Shown: piece by piece, positions 24,285-36,949 of the stretch
Layout of the letters: each line of letters begins with the position of its first letter
How positions within the stretch are numbered: the stretch's first letter is position 1
Source: Macrostomum lignano
Lineage: Eukaryota
Assembly: GCA_002269645.1 (NCBI GenBank)
Contig: NIVC01001679.1
Span: 124,001-188,000, forward strand
Direction of reading: 5' to 3'
Length of the DNA stretch: 64,000 nucleotides
Made by a program: the position numbers and the translations under genes
The notes under the pieces: model-generated
Databases searched by the model: none
The model's input: the letters and a program-made list of their open reading frames with translations, nothing else
Told to the model about the DNA's origin: nothing

Positions 24285-25140
24285 GTGTGTCACTCTTGTC
24301 TCTCTTGTCACTCTGTCTCTCTTGTCACCCTGTCTCTCTTGTCACTCTGTCTCTCTTGTCACTCTGTCTCTCTTGTCACTCCGTCTCTCTTGTCACCCTG
24401 TCTCTCTTGTCACTCTTGTCTCTCTTGTCACTCTGTCTCTATTTTCACTCTTGTCTCTCTTGTCACCCTGTCTCTCTTGTCCCCCTGTCTCTCTTGTCCC
24501 CCTGTCTCTCTTGTCACTCTTGTCTCTCTTGTCACTCTGTCTCTCTTGTCACTCTTGTCTCTCTTGTCACTCTGTCTCTATTTTCACTCTTGTATCTCTT
24601 GTCACCCTGTCTCTCTTGTCCCCCTGTTTCTCTTGTCACTGTGTCTCTCTTGTCACTCTGTCTCTCTTGTCACTCTTGTCTCTCTTGTCACTCTTGTCTC
24701 TCTTGTCACTCTTGTCTCTCTTGTCACTCTGTCTCTCTTGTCACTCTGTCTCTCTTGTCACTCTGTCTCTCTTGTCACTCTGTCTCTCTTGTCACTCTGT
24801 CTCTCTTGTCACTCTTGTCTCTCTTGTCACTCTCTATTGCTCTGCCACTCTACTGTTTTGTCTATTTGCCACTCTCTAATATTGTCACTTTCTACTGACT
24901 CTGTCACTCTCTACTATCTTGACACCCTCTAATACTCTGTCACTCTAATACTCTGTCTCTCTCTACTGCTCTGTCACTCTCTACTGACCTGTCACTCTCT
25001 ACTGCTCTGTCACTCTCTACTTCTATGTCACTCTCTATTGACCTGTCACTCTCTACTGCTCTGTCACTCTCTACTGCTCTGTCACTCTCTACTGCTCTGT
25101 CACTCTCTACTGCACTGTCATTTTCTTCTTCTCTGTCACT
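24285..25140. repeat. Compound CT-rich minisatellites
   Basis: ctctcttgtcact(ctgt) units to about 24840, then ctctgtcactctctactg units. Confidence 0.92.
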
Positions 25141-25647
25141 CTCCTTTATCCAATCTCGTCAGTACGTTTTAATCTAAACTGCAGTTAATTCCCTCTGGTC
25201 TTCCATCTAAACGCAGAAAACTTATTCAGTACCTTCAACTATTTCTTTTCCTTGCCAGAAGTCAATGCCGACTTACCGCATGTGCCTACAGTACAAGGCT
25301 AAGCAACGGAGCCATGTTTATTATTGCACTTCATTCCAATGACCGGCATAAGAAAAGCATTTATAGAATTATTGTAAACTACGGAAGTCGATTTGTAAAT
25401 GGCTTGGGTCCAAATATTGACTGGTATGGCCGGGGAGGGCTGTCTAGATTAGCCAAATGGATTTTAGATTTACAGCCGTAACCGCTTGCCAATCGATTGA
25501 GGCCTTTTAAAAAAGGAGGGCTGCCAAGATCCTAGCGGTATTTTTATAGAGTGCAGCCAGCCAATGCTGTTCACTTAAGGGTTGTCTGATAGCAAAGAGG
25601 TACACGGAAGTTGTGTGAAGAGGCAGCTGGTTGGAAAGAGCGTTTCT

Positions 25648-26200
25648 TCTGTTAGACAGGATAGTGTCACATGTTAGACAGGATAGTGTCACCTGTTAGA
25701 CAGGATAGTGTCACCTGTTAGACAGATGATAGTGTCACATGTTAGACAGGATAGTGTCACCTGTTAGACAGATGATAGTGTCACCTGTTAGACAGAGGAT
25801 AGTGTCACCTGTTAGACAGAGGATAGTGTCACATGTTAGACAGAGGATAGTGTCACATGTTAGACAGAGGATAGTGTCACCTGTTAGACAGAGGATAGTG
25901 TCACCTGTTAGACAGAGGATAGTGTCACCTGTTAGACAGTGGATAGTGTCACCTGTTAGACAGAAGATAGTGTCACCTGTTAGACAGTGGATAGTGTCAC
26001 CTGTTAGACAGAAGATAGTGTCACCTGTTAGACAGAGGATAGTGTCACCTGTTAGACAGAGGATAGTGTCACCTGTTAGACAGAGCATAGTGTCACCTGT
26101 TAGACAGAGGATAGTGTCACCTGTTAGACAGAGCATAGTGTCACCTGTTGGACAGGAGTGTCACCTGTTAGACAGAGGATAGTGTCACCTGTTAGACAGT
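25648..26200 (-). repeat. 22/24-bp minisatellite, reverse complement of 15818-16805
   Basis: Unit gacagaggatagtgtcacctgtta. Confidence 0.95.
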
Positions 26201-26592
26201 GTTTAGTATAGCCGGGATCTAGTTAAGGAATATATGTAACAAATATAAATACGAGCGTATGATAGATGGCGTAGCTGGGCGCAGAGTTGCGAGTGTTGGC
26301 AAGTAGAGGCAAATAAATTAAACTTTCAGAGCTTGGGAAACCGGGGGCCCTGGCAGAGTGAGTTCACTCAAGAATCGCGCATAAAATGTTGGAGTTCAAG
26401 TGGCAACCGCGAGTCAGCCGGCTGCATGGGATCACTCCACAGCTGGCGGCACCCTCCCATGCCTTCCCAGCATCACAAATTATAGTTTTCTCCTAAGCCA
26501 GTTTCAGGTCCTCACGGGCGGTTCTATCGAATGAAGAAGTTCACTTTGGGTGAGGTGAATTGGCTGCATAGTGAGTACTGCTGCGGGATCCA

Positions 26593-26606
26593 GTTGCCAT
26601 GGCAAC
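26593..26606. promoter_or_regulatory. Perfect RFX X-box palindrome
   Basis: GTTGCCATGGCAAC; CCAAT box (gcagccaat on minus strand) about 30 bp away. Confidence 0.5.
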
Positions 26607-27360
26607 TATGAGAATGTGAAGAAAGAATTCAGTGCACCTGGATCGTAGTTTATAATAAAGTTTTATTATATTAATGCTTTTGGCTTAGAGGCATGCTTTA
26701 AAATAATATAGTATAGTGAATAGACTAGCAATCCATATAGTATACTGAATAGACTAGCAATCCATATAGTATACTGAATAGACTAGCAATCCATTACTTA
26801 GCAAAGAAATTAACGCATCCCAGAGGGCGCTGTCGCCACAAGCTCAGCAGGGAATCCTTTGCTCCTTTGTTCTCCATCCCGGGAATCTCTGGGCCTCCTA
26901 CTGCCGCCTTTGTCTCCCAGAAGCCATCGCAATGTCAACAGAACAAAATTGCTAGAAAAGTGTGCAACAGGAAACTCAGCTGGGAGAAAATAGCAGAAAG
27001 GGGGGATGCTGAAGCTTAATGCCACATCTCTCCTACCCATTCTGAATTTTTCAAAGAATCCCAACTTCTAGAAAACCTTTTAAAAGACAAAGGAAAGGAA
27101 TGGAAGTAAAGATTTTTAGGCAGCTATAACAGCCCATTCTTTTCGCCCAGGAAAAGTGTAAACGTGAAAAAGCACATAAAAGAAGCAATTAAGTTTGCGT
27201 GCAGAGGGACAGCCAATTACAAACGGATCTACAGTGACTGAGAAAGTCTTGTTGAAGCAGAAATTTCATCTCTTCTTATGGGATTTTTAAATTGTCAAAA
27301 TTGATTTGATTGCGTGCAAAAGTTCGGTTAGAACTTTAAATTTAAATAGTCATTTCTCAA

Positions 27361-28172
27361 GTTAGACAGCAGCTTCCCCAGTTAGATAGCAGCTTCCCCA
27401 GTTAGATAGCAGCTTCCCCAGTTAGATAGCAGCTTCCCCAGTTAGATAGCAGCTTCCCCAGTTAGATAGCAGCTTCCCCAGTTAGATAGTAGCTTCCCCA
27501 GTTAGATAGTAGCTTCCCCAGTTAGACAACAGCTTCCCCAGTTAGATAGCAGCTTCCCCAGTTAGATAGCAGCTTCCCCAGTTAGACAACAGCTTCCCGA
27601 GTTAGATAGTAGCTTCCCCAGTTAGACAACAGCTTCTCCAGTTAGACAACAGCTTCTCCAGTTAGATAGTAGCTTCCCCAGTTAGATAGTAGCTTCCCCA
27701 GTTAGATAGTAGCTTTCCCAGTTAGATAGTAGCTTTCCCAGTTAGATAGCAGCTTCCCCAGTTAGATAGTAGCTTCCCCATATGAACAGCAGCTTCCCCA
27801 GTTAGATAGCAGCTTCCCCATATGAACAGCAGCTTCCCCAGTTAGATAGCAGCTTCCCCAGTTAGATAGCAGCTTCCCCAGTTAGATAGCAGCTTCCCCA
27901 GTTAGATAGCAGCTTCCCCAGTTAGATAGCAGCTTCCCCAGTTAGATAGCAGCTTCCCCAGTTAGATAGCAGCTTCCCAGTTAGACAACAGCTTCCCCAG
28001 TTAGACAACAGCTTCCCCAGTTAGACAACAGCTTCCCCAGTTAGACAACAGCTTCCCCAGTTAGACAACAGCTTCCCCAGTTAGATAGTAGCTTCCCCAG
28101 TTAGATAGTAGCTTCCCCAGTTAGATAGTAGCTTCCCCAGTTAGATAGCAGCTTCCCAGTTAGACAGCAGCT
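27361..28172. repeat. 20-bp minisatellite, about 40 copies
   Basis: Unit gttagatagcagcttcccca. Confidence 0.96.
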
Positions 28173-28404
28173 TCCAAAGCTGGATTAAAAGAGCCCAAAG
28201 TGTCCAACCGCAGTTTAAAAAAGTACAGCCAAGAATCTCAGCAGCTCATTAGCGGTGTTTCGTGCTGTCGAAAAGCAACCCCAATTAAGTTGCGTGACCC
28301 ACCTTGAGACAGTTTCGAAGTTGGCACTCGAATTGAATTTCAAGTTTCAAGTTTCAAAATCCGTGTCACGCAAAAAAGACTGACCTGAAAATAACGCACT
28401 GCAA

Positions 28405-28945
28405 CACAGTTCAAAATGGCACGATCCACACACAGTTCAAAATGGCAATCCACGCAAACAGTTCGAAATGGCACTTCACACACACAGTTCAAAATAGCAA
28501 TCCACGCACACAGTTCAAAATAGCAATCCACACACATTTCAAAATGGCACTCCACACACAGTTCAAAATGGCACTCCACACAGACAGTTCAAAATGGCAC
28601 TCCACACACACAGTTCAAAATGGCACTCCACACACACATTTTAAAATGGGACACCACACACACATTTCAAAATGGCACTCCACACACACATTTCAAAATG
28701 GCACTCCACACACACATTTCAAAATGGCACTCCATACACATTTCAAAATGGCACTCCACACACACAGTTCAAAATGGCACTCCATACACATTTCAAAATG
28801 GCACTCCACACACACAGTTCAAAATGGCAATCCACACACACAGTTCAAAATGGCAATCCACGCACACAGTTCAAAATGGCACTCCACACACACACGCAGT
28901 TCAAAATGGCACTCCACACACACACGCAGTTCAAAATGGCACACA
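28405..28945. repeat. 22-24-bp minisatellite
   Basis: Unit cagttcaaaatggcactccacaca. Confidence 0.93.
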
Positions 28946-29377
28946 CAGGTCGATCAAAATGAAAGTACTTTTATGCTGATGAACAAACAATGTTTCTAAG
29001 AAAGTGAGAATTCCAAATCAAAACTTCTACCAGAATTAAAAATGTCAATCAAGCAGACAAAATATTCAATTCGAAAAGAACGCTTTGAACTCTGAATTTC
29101 AGAGAGATGAGATGAAGAGATATGAGCCACTATTACAGCTGATTCTTGCAATTGGATAAACAAGAGTAGCAAGAGGGGAATTTTTCCTGCATGAGCTGCA
29201 GCATTGCATATGTTATAGTAGTGATTGACAGTTTTTCAAATTCACAATACCCTGGAAATGCTAAGCGTATTATGTGAGCCTCATATACACCGTATAACAA
29301 TTGAGACTATGCAGCGCACACGTTTGCCAATATTTTTTCAAGTGGGATAGGAAGAGACCCCCAGCTATATAGGGGAT

Positions 29378-29640
29378 ATGGAGGAGACGTACCGGCAGTT
29401 GCGGAGACTGCACGTGCCCTTCACCCTTAATTCTGTGCGAGATGCGCTGCGCGGGCAACTGCAAATTGAGTTCTGAGCAGCTCTGAAGAGTGTTGAGACA
29501 GACAGGCAAAGTGAAGGATTGCTGCGATGCCTGACCTGTGGAAGCAGGGGAGACACTCCAGTTTTATGCATCCCTGCAGGAGCGGAGAAGATGCTGCCCT
29601 CGGCCAACCGCGTCGGCAGCCAATCAGATGTTTTGCTGTC
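29378..29640 (+). pseudogene. Retroelement gag-like remnant with degenerate zinc knuckle
   Basis: Frame from 29378 reads MEETYRQLRRLHVPFTLNSVRDALRGQLQIEF*...RCLTCGSRGDTPVLC; C-X2-C-X4-(H>D)-X4-C at 29528-29569; in-frame TGA at 29474. Confidence 0.45.
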
Positions 29641-30181
29641 CTTTCAAAAAGAAAATAACATTTATCTCTAACACCTGTTGCTTAGTACTAATAGTAGTTA
29701 AAATGAACATGAATAATATTAGCGAGTAGAAGCGACTTTTGTCTGCCTGTCTTTCTTAATGTCTGCTTGATATTTTGTGCTGTCTGTTTTCAGTGTCTGC
29801 CTGTCGCCCTTAGTGTCTATTCATCTTTTTAGTCTGTCTGTCGTCCTTATAGTGTCGGTCCGTCGCCCTTAGTGTCTGCCTGTCTTTCTTGTGTTTGCAT
29901 GTATGTTTGTCCGTCTTTATTAGCGTCTATCGTTTTTTTCTGTCTATCTTTCTATTCAATATATCTTAGCAGTCTGTCCTAGTCGTGTTTCTCTATCTTA
30001 CGTATGTCTTTCTCCAGCTTCTCTCGCAGATCCGGACAATTCTGCTCCATTTTTATTCAATGTTTACCGCTGAGCTGAGGACAGAAAAGACAGGACCGAT
30101 TTCCAGTTTACCACATGTGATGTTGATAATGGCAGATAGCCGAAATTTTCATTTATTAGCTCGTTTTATTAATGTATGTGA

Positions 30182-32371
30182 TGTAACCACGCTCTGGTCG
30201 CGGGATAGGGCATGGGAACTTTTTCGAAAGTGCCTCCTATCCCGTGTACCCTCTGCACAGAGCTGTCGAGACTCGGCCAGGTCTCCGCCCAGGCCTGGAG
30301 ACTCCCGCTCTGCTGCCCCCTCCTACTGCCTAGGTTCCGTCTCCCCTGCCGCCACACCTGCCTTTCCGGAGCTCCCTGTCCCTCTCTGTACCCTCCCCTC
30401 TACCTTATCTCCCCTGCACTCCACCCTATTCTTCTTGTACTTTCCCTTCCCCCCCCTCTTTTTGTCTCTCTCTGCACTCTTTTCCTGCGCTGCCCCCTCC
30501 TTCTCTGTGTCTACTTACAGTATTTTGTGTGCTCACCGTCTCCCCATCCCCTCCCAAACTCCCAAACGGTGACGCAAGTCGTGTGACCCCTTCTTCCCCC
30601 CGATGACTCATCCCCCTCTCTTGCGCAACCTTTTCTCACGCCATTGTTCTCCTCCCCAAATTTCTCATGCGACACCCACCCCACCTCCGCTTCTATTGTT
30701 CTCGTTTTTGCTTCTTTTGTTCTCTCGACCCCCACCAATTATCACATTTTCTCCGATTTTCTCTTTCTTTTGTTCTCGTTTTCGCACCTAATTATCACCT
30801 TTTCCCCAATGTTTACTTTTCCATTGTTCTCAGTTCTCCCCAATTATCCCCGTTGTCCAATTCCTTTGTTCTCGACCCCAGCCCTATTGTTCTCAATGTT
30901 TGCTTGCGCAATACTTTCGCGACCACCCGCTGCGCCAATTATCCCCCCACCCCACCTCCGGATTGCGCAATTTCCCGATTTCTCATGTTGCTATGCCGGT
31001 CTCATGCTTCTCATCATGACTCATTCTGACGTCATTCTGCCGGCAGCCAATCAGAGAGAGGGAGCCATGGTAACGACCTTGAGGAGGCGGCTGTGAGGTC
31101 TATAAAAGGAAGCGATTTCGGCATGAGAATCCTCAGTCTCTTCCTCTCCTCGTCCTTCTTTGGACTTGCAGTCAGATTGAGTTCTGACCCATTCGTCTAT
31201 AAGACGAATCCCTGCCGGTCCGCGGTCTGTTACCGCCAAGTTATCCTTAGCTCCCCAAGCGAGCTCGCCTATCGGCCAGCGGTCTGATACCGCCCAGCAT
31301 CATCAGCATCGCCTGATCTACATCAGCGCCTCGTCGCTCCAGCGCATCGCCGCTTCACCGTCTGCCTGACTGCAGCCTACAGCCGCCCTCGGTCACTCCG
31401 CCTCTCTCTCTCTCTGTGCAGCTGCCGGTAAGTTCCTGTTACTAATTTGTGCTCTAATTGCCTTTGCTTATCCGGGGTTTGCCGATTTTCCATTGTCTGA
31501 TTAGAGAGCTGAGCCAATTGTGATACCGTATCTTTTGCTGTATTTTACTCAATAGTGAAGCCGCCTAATTGCCTGATTATTCGCCTAAGGGCCTAATTAT
31601 TAACTATTAACTAACTTCATCATTATTCACTCTTTCACCATCATTTCCCTCATGGCTTGCTAAGCCTTTCTCCCGGGGTGGCAAAGCATAAGGAAGTTGG
31701 GTAAGCTAATGGCCTCTCCCCGTGCAAAGCCCGCCTGTGAGTGCGTGCTGCGGGGCCGCGTGTGCGTGCAGTAGAGGGATTAGCGAGTCTTGGCACAGAA
31801 TGGCAGTAGGAAGGTTGCAACCCCATGCTAACGCGTCCCTTCGCCCTGAGCAATCTAAACTGTAGACAGTACATGTTCGCCTCATACTACTCTTAGTAAT
31901 CAAAGTCGCAAGTCAGCCTCGCTCACAGCCACAAAGGATCCCCTGCTGAGAAATCCTCCAGGATTGAGCCCAGAGTTCCCGATCATGCCCCAAGCAGAGT
32001 CCCTGTACTCAGCTGCATGCGTCTCCCCTGTTAGCCTAAATCCCCTGGTAACCAATCCAGGCGGGGCTCTAGCCTCGAGAGGTCTGGTAGAAAGATCCAG
32101 GTGCGCCAGGTCACATAGAGTGGTGGCAGCCACTCGGTCATACCATGACCGAGTGACCAACTATTGCACCTTGGCTACAGGTGGGGTCCATGTGGGTCCT
32201 TGGCCCTCTGGTCACGAAGCGCTACCAAAAGCTACTAATCATGTGGGCGGGACAGTCTGGTGCTGGAGGTCCGTCAGGTCGTTGCCCGGTCATAGGCAGC
32301 CTACGGTCATTGCCCCCTCTAGTCATGCGTTCGTCTCTCTACGGAGCGGACAGGCGACAAGGGCGGTTACA
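30182..32371 (+). mobile_element. LTR-like segment with TGTAACC...GGTTACA termini and an internal promoter
   Basis: 7-bp terminal inverted repeat; CRE, CCAAT and TATA inside; flanks (tgtga/tcata) do not form a TSD. Confidence 0.45.
31027..31107 (+). promoter_or_regulatory. Compact Pol II promoter module
   Basis: TGACGTCA at 31027, GCCAATCA at 31046, half X-box CCATGGTAAC at 31065, TATAAAA at 31101; donor g|GTAAGT at 31428. Confidence 0.55.
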
Positions 32372-32474
32372 TCATATGTACTAATATAACACAAGAAATA
32401 TGCGAACTATTAGCTAATGGGCAATTAGCAAAGCATTATTTTCATTTTCTAACCAATGCTTTGCTTGTCTGGGA

Positions 32475-32702
32475 GTTCTGCTCTGTCTCAGTGTCTGCTA
32501 GTCTGTCGGTCTGTCTCAGTGTCTGCTAGTCTGTCGGTCTGTCTTAGTGTCTGTCTGTCAGTCTGTCTCAGTGTCTGCAAGTCTGTCGGTCTGTCTTAGT
32601 GTCTGTCTGTCAGTCTGTCTCAGTGTCTGCAAGTCTGTCGGTCTGTCTCAGTGTCTGCAAGCCTGTCGGTCTGTCTTAGTGTCTGCAAGTCTGTCGGTCT
32701 GT

Positions 32703-32753
<51 letters not shown>

Positions 32754-32755
32754 GC
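32475..32755. repeat. TCTG-based compound repeat
   Basis: tctgtctcagtgtctgc units ending in (tctg)n. Confidence 0.9.
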
Positions 32756-33407
32756 CAATCAGGCTAGTTTATCTCACAGACGGCAAGCAACACAAGAAAA
32801 GAAGGTGTAAACAACAGACTCACACTAGATTAGACACATTTTGCATTTAAAATTTAAAAGAAAGATGTCAAATTCTACTCGCTAGAAATATTTTAACCTA
32901 TTTAATCATCAAATTTATCTACCAGCATCCATTCGTTATAATTAATTTGTCTAATAATACACAAAATATAATTAGTTTGTACCTTTGCTAAACTAAAAAC
33001 AAAAACATAGGGACGAGAATAGCTGGAGACCACCGTGTGTGATAGCCAAACTGTTTTTCTATTTTAGAACCAAAAAGTAGTTTACTCAGATAGTAAAACA
33101 CACACGGATTTTGCTAATCTAACAAAATATAAGACAGGTGCGCGCAAGCAAATTACTAACAGTAGTAAATAGTTAGTATTAGAATTTAGCAAGCCAACAG
33201 TGAGCAGAAAATAAGGGAGATGCACAGATTCGACTCATTTTCATTCGGTATGCTCTAGAGCTGTTATTTAAATTCGTTAAATAATTTAGCTAAACCTTAT
33301 TAATTATTTAATAACGACACGTGATCACGGCAAGCTTTTTTAAGTGTGTCGTATTACTTACAGTAGTCATAAATTTTTAAAGCACGTAAAGTAACCAGTT
33401 TCACCAC

Positions 33408-33882
33408 GGGCCCAGGTAAGACAATATTATAACAGAATTCCTACCTGTTACACCTGGGCCCAGGTAAGACAATAATCTAACAGAAGACCTATCTGTTACA
33501 CCTGGCCCAGGTAAGATAGTAATCTAACAGAAGTCACATCTGTTACGCCTGGGCCAGGTAAGATATTAATCTAACAGAAGTCCTATCTGTTACACATGGC
33601 CCAGGTAAGATAGTAATCTAACAGAAGTCACACCTGTTACACCTGGCCCAGGTAAGATAGTAATCTAACAGAAGTCACATCTGTTACGCCTGGGCCAGGT
33701 AAGATAGTAATCTAACAGAAGTCACACCTGTTACGCATGGGCCAGGTAAGATAGTAATCTAACAGAAGTCACATCTGTTACACCTGGCCCAGGTAAGATA
33801 GTAATCTAACAGAAGTCACATCTGTTACACCTGGCCCAGGTAAGATAGTAATCTAACAGAAGTGACACCTGTTACACCTGGC
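33408..33882 (+). repeat. 47-bp structured minisatellite, about 10 copies
   Basis: Unit ctgttacacctggcccaggtaagatagtaatctaacagaagtcacat. Confidence 0.93.
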
Positions 33883-34031
33883 GGCTACACCTGTGCACAG
33901 TTTGAAGAAATATCTAAGAATTAATCTACCTTTTTTAGAGTGAAAGCTATACTATGAACAACGCTTATATAGGTGGAAAAAGTTGATAAATCTATAAGTT
34001 TATAGTAACTATAATATATATATATAGTAGA

Positions 34032-34161
34032 CTACAGCAACATGTTGTACGGGTCCTCCAGACAGGCCTTGAATTCGGCCAGCCATTTGGCTCCAACCGC
34101 GCCGTCAACCACGCGATGATCGCTGCATAGGGTGGCTCGCATCACTGTGCTGGTGGCGTAG
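34032..34161 (-). CDS. DLAT: Dihydrolipoamide acetyltransferase (PDH E2), exon 7 (last)
   Basis: MRATLCSDHRVVDGAVGAKWL with catalytic DHRxxDG; acceptor gattccag|c, phase 2. Confidence 0.95.
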
Positions 34162-34284
34162 CTGGAATCAATTAAATAAGCCAAATCTGGTGATGAGCTG
34201 CATTTATTGAGTAAACCAGAGTTATTCACGAGATCACGAGATCAGCGTTCTCAAAGCTTCAGATGTTTGAGTAAGCGTAAGCGC

Positions 34285-34860
34285 TACTTAAAATCTGCAT
34301 GTCATTCAGTAAGCGCTACTTTTAGGCTTCATGTCATTCAGTAAGCACTACTTTTAGGCTTCATGTCATTCAGTAAGCACTACTTTTAGGCTTCATGTCA
34401 TTCAGTAAGCGCTACTTTTAGGCTTCATGTCATTCAGTAAGCGCTACTTTTAGGCTTCATGTCATTCAGTAAGCGCTACTTTTAGGCTTCATGTCATTCA
34501 GTAAGCGCTACTTTTAGGCTTCATGTCATTCAGTAAGCGCTACTTTTAGGCTTCATGTCATTCAGTAAGCGCTACTTTTAGGCTTCATGTCATTCAGTAA
34601 GCGCTACTTTTAGGCTTCATGTCATTCAGTAAGCGCTACTTTAAAGCTTCATGTCATTTAGTAAGCGCTACTTTTAGGCTTCATGTCATTCAGTAAGCGC
34701 TACTTTTAGGCTTCATGTCATTCAGTAAGCGCTACTTATAATAAGCTTCATGACATTCAGTAAGCGCTACTTTCAATCTGCATGTCATTCAGTAAGCGCT
34801 ATTTTAAGCTTCATGATATTTAGTAAGCGCTACTTATAGGCTTCAGGTTCTTCAGTAAGC
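34285..34860. repeat. 32-bp intronic minisatellite
   Basis: Unit atgtcattcagtaagcgctacttttaggcttc. Confidence 0.95.
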
Positions 34861-34895
34861 ACCTTTATTCCTCAGTATCAGTGAAGGTCACTCAC

Positions 34896-35128
34896 CCCTC
34901 TTTTTCGCCCTCCTTGGCAGCAGGCGCTGGCACAAGAATCTTCTGAGCGCCACCTACAGCCAGGATGCAGGCCTGCGGCGGGTTAATGATGGCTGAGAAT
35001 GACTCAATGCCGAACATTCCCAAGTTGGAGATGGTGAATGTGCCGCCTTGGAACTCCTGCGGTTTCAGCTTGTTGGCGCGGGCCTTTTCGGCCAGACGAA
35101 CAACATCGGAGTTGATGCCGACGAGGCC
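34896..35128 (-). CDS. DLAT: DLAT exon 6
   Basis: [40 protein letters not shown]; acceptor cctaatcctcag|, donor gg|gtgagt. Confidence 0.95.
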
Positions 35129-35219
35129 CTGAGGATTAGGATGGTCAGCGGGTATGACTTCGTTAATATCAGACATCTCACCTCAGCTGCACCTGGTAAC
35201 TGCAATATAGAAAAGTGGA

Positions 35220-36475
35220 ACTGTGACAGAAATCATTCAGATCTGTGACAGAAATCCTTCAGATCTGTGACAGAAATATTTCAGAACTGTGACAGAAATC
35301 ATTCAGATCTGTGACAGAAATCCTTCAGAAATGTGACAGAAATCCTTCAGAACTGTGACAGAAATCCTTCAGAAATGTGACAGAAATCCTTCAGAACTGT
35401 GACAGAAATCCTTCAGATCTGTGACAGAAATATTTCAGAACTGTGACAGAAATCATTCAGATCTGTGACAGAAATCATTCAGATCTGTAACAGAAATCCT
35501 TCAGAACTGTGACAGAAATGCTTCAGAACTGTGACAGAAATCCTTCAGATCTGTGACAGAAATCTTTCAGATCTGTGACAGAAATCCTTCAGATCTGTGA
35601 CAGAAATCCTTCAGATCTGTGACAGAAATCATTCAGATCTGTGACAGAAATCCTTCAGAACTGACAGAAATCCTTCAGAACTGTGACAGAAATCCTTCAA
35701 GATCTGTGACAGAAATCCTTCAGATCTGTGACAGAAATCCTTCAGAACTGTGACAGAAATCCTTCAAGATCTGTGACAGAAATCCTTCAGAACTGTGACA
35801 GAAATCCTTCAAGATCTGTGACAGAAATCCTTCAGAACTGACAGAAATCCTTCAGATCTGTGACAGAAATCCTTCAGATCTGTGACAGAAATCATTCAGA
35901 TCTGTGACAGAAATCCTTCAGAACTGACAGAAATCCTTCAGAACTGTGACAGAAATCCTTCAAGATCTGTGACAGAAATCCTTCAGATCTGTGACAGAAA
36001 TCCTTCAGAACTGTGACAGAAATCCTTCAAGATCTGTGACAGAAATCCTTCAGAACTGTGACAGAAATCCTTCAAGATCTGTGACAGAAATCCTTCAGAA
36101 CTGACAGAAATCCTTCAAGATCTGTGACAGAAATCCTTCAAGATCTGTGACAAAAATCCTTCAGAACTGACAGAAATCCTTCAGAACTGACAGAAATCCT
36201 TCAAGATCTGTGACAGAAATCCTTCAGATCTGTGACAAAAATCCTTCAGAACTGACAGAAATCCTTCAAGATCTGTGATAGAAATATTTCAGATCTGTGA
36301 CAGAAATGCTTCAGAACTGTGACAGAAATTCTTCAGAACTGTGACAGAAATTCTTCAGAACTGTGACAGAAATCCTTCAGAACTGTGACAGAAATCCTTC
36401 AGATCTGTGACAGAAATCTTTCAGATCTGTGTCAAATCCTACAGATCTGTGACAGAAACCCTGTTATAACTTTGA
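35220..36475. repeat. 20-23-bp intronic minisatellite, about 55 copies
   Basis: Unit ctgtgacagaaatccttcagat. Confidence 0.96.
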
Positions 36476-36623
36476 CAGAAAACTCTGTTACTCGTGTGTA
36501 GAACTGTGGCAAAGCCGCAAAAAGCATGGATGAAAAAAGACACACAAAATGAGGTAAATCATACTACTACTGTAAGCAGTATTATTTGGATATATACACA
36601 TAAATAAGTAGAGACATTCCCAC

Positions 36624-36869
36624 CTTAGCATCTGCGCTAAACACGATAGGCGTAATCAAGCCATTGTCGGTAGCCACAGCCACCGAGATGTCGGCCCTGC
36701 TGTACTGCCTAATATAAGTATCATACCAAGCGCTGTTACACTCCGGCACCCGGCCCAGGGCTACAGCTGTGGCTTTGATTACGAAATCGTTCACGGACAG
36801 TTTCACGCCACGACCAGCCAGCTGTTTGTTGAGCTCCGAACGTACGCGAAGTACTTTGTCCATTGATAT
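36624..36869 (-). CDS. DLAT: DLAT exon 5
   Basis: KLSVNDFVIKATAVAL...DISVAVATDNGLITPIVFSADAK; phase 0 at both ends. Confidence 0.95.
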
Positions 36870-36949
36870 CTGCGAGTCAGGTAAGCGACACTTCATATGT
36901 AGAAGTACACGGGATTCGAACTCAGGACCTTTGTTGAGAGGATTCTAAA

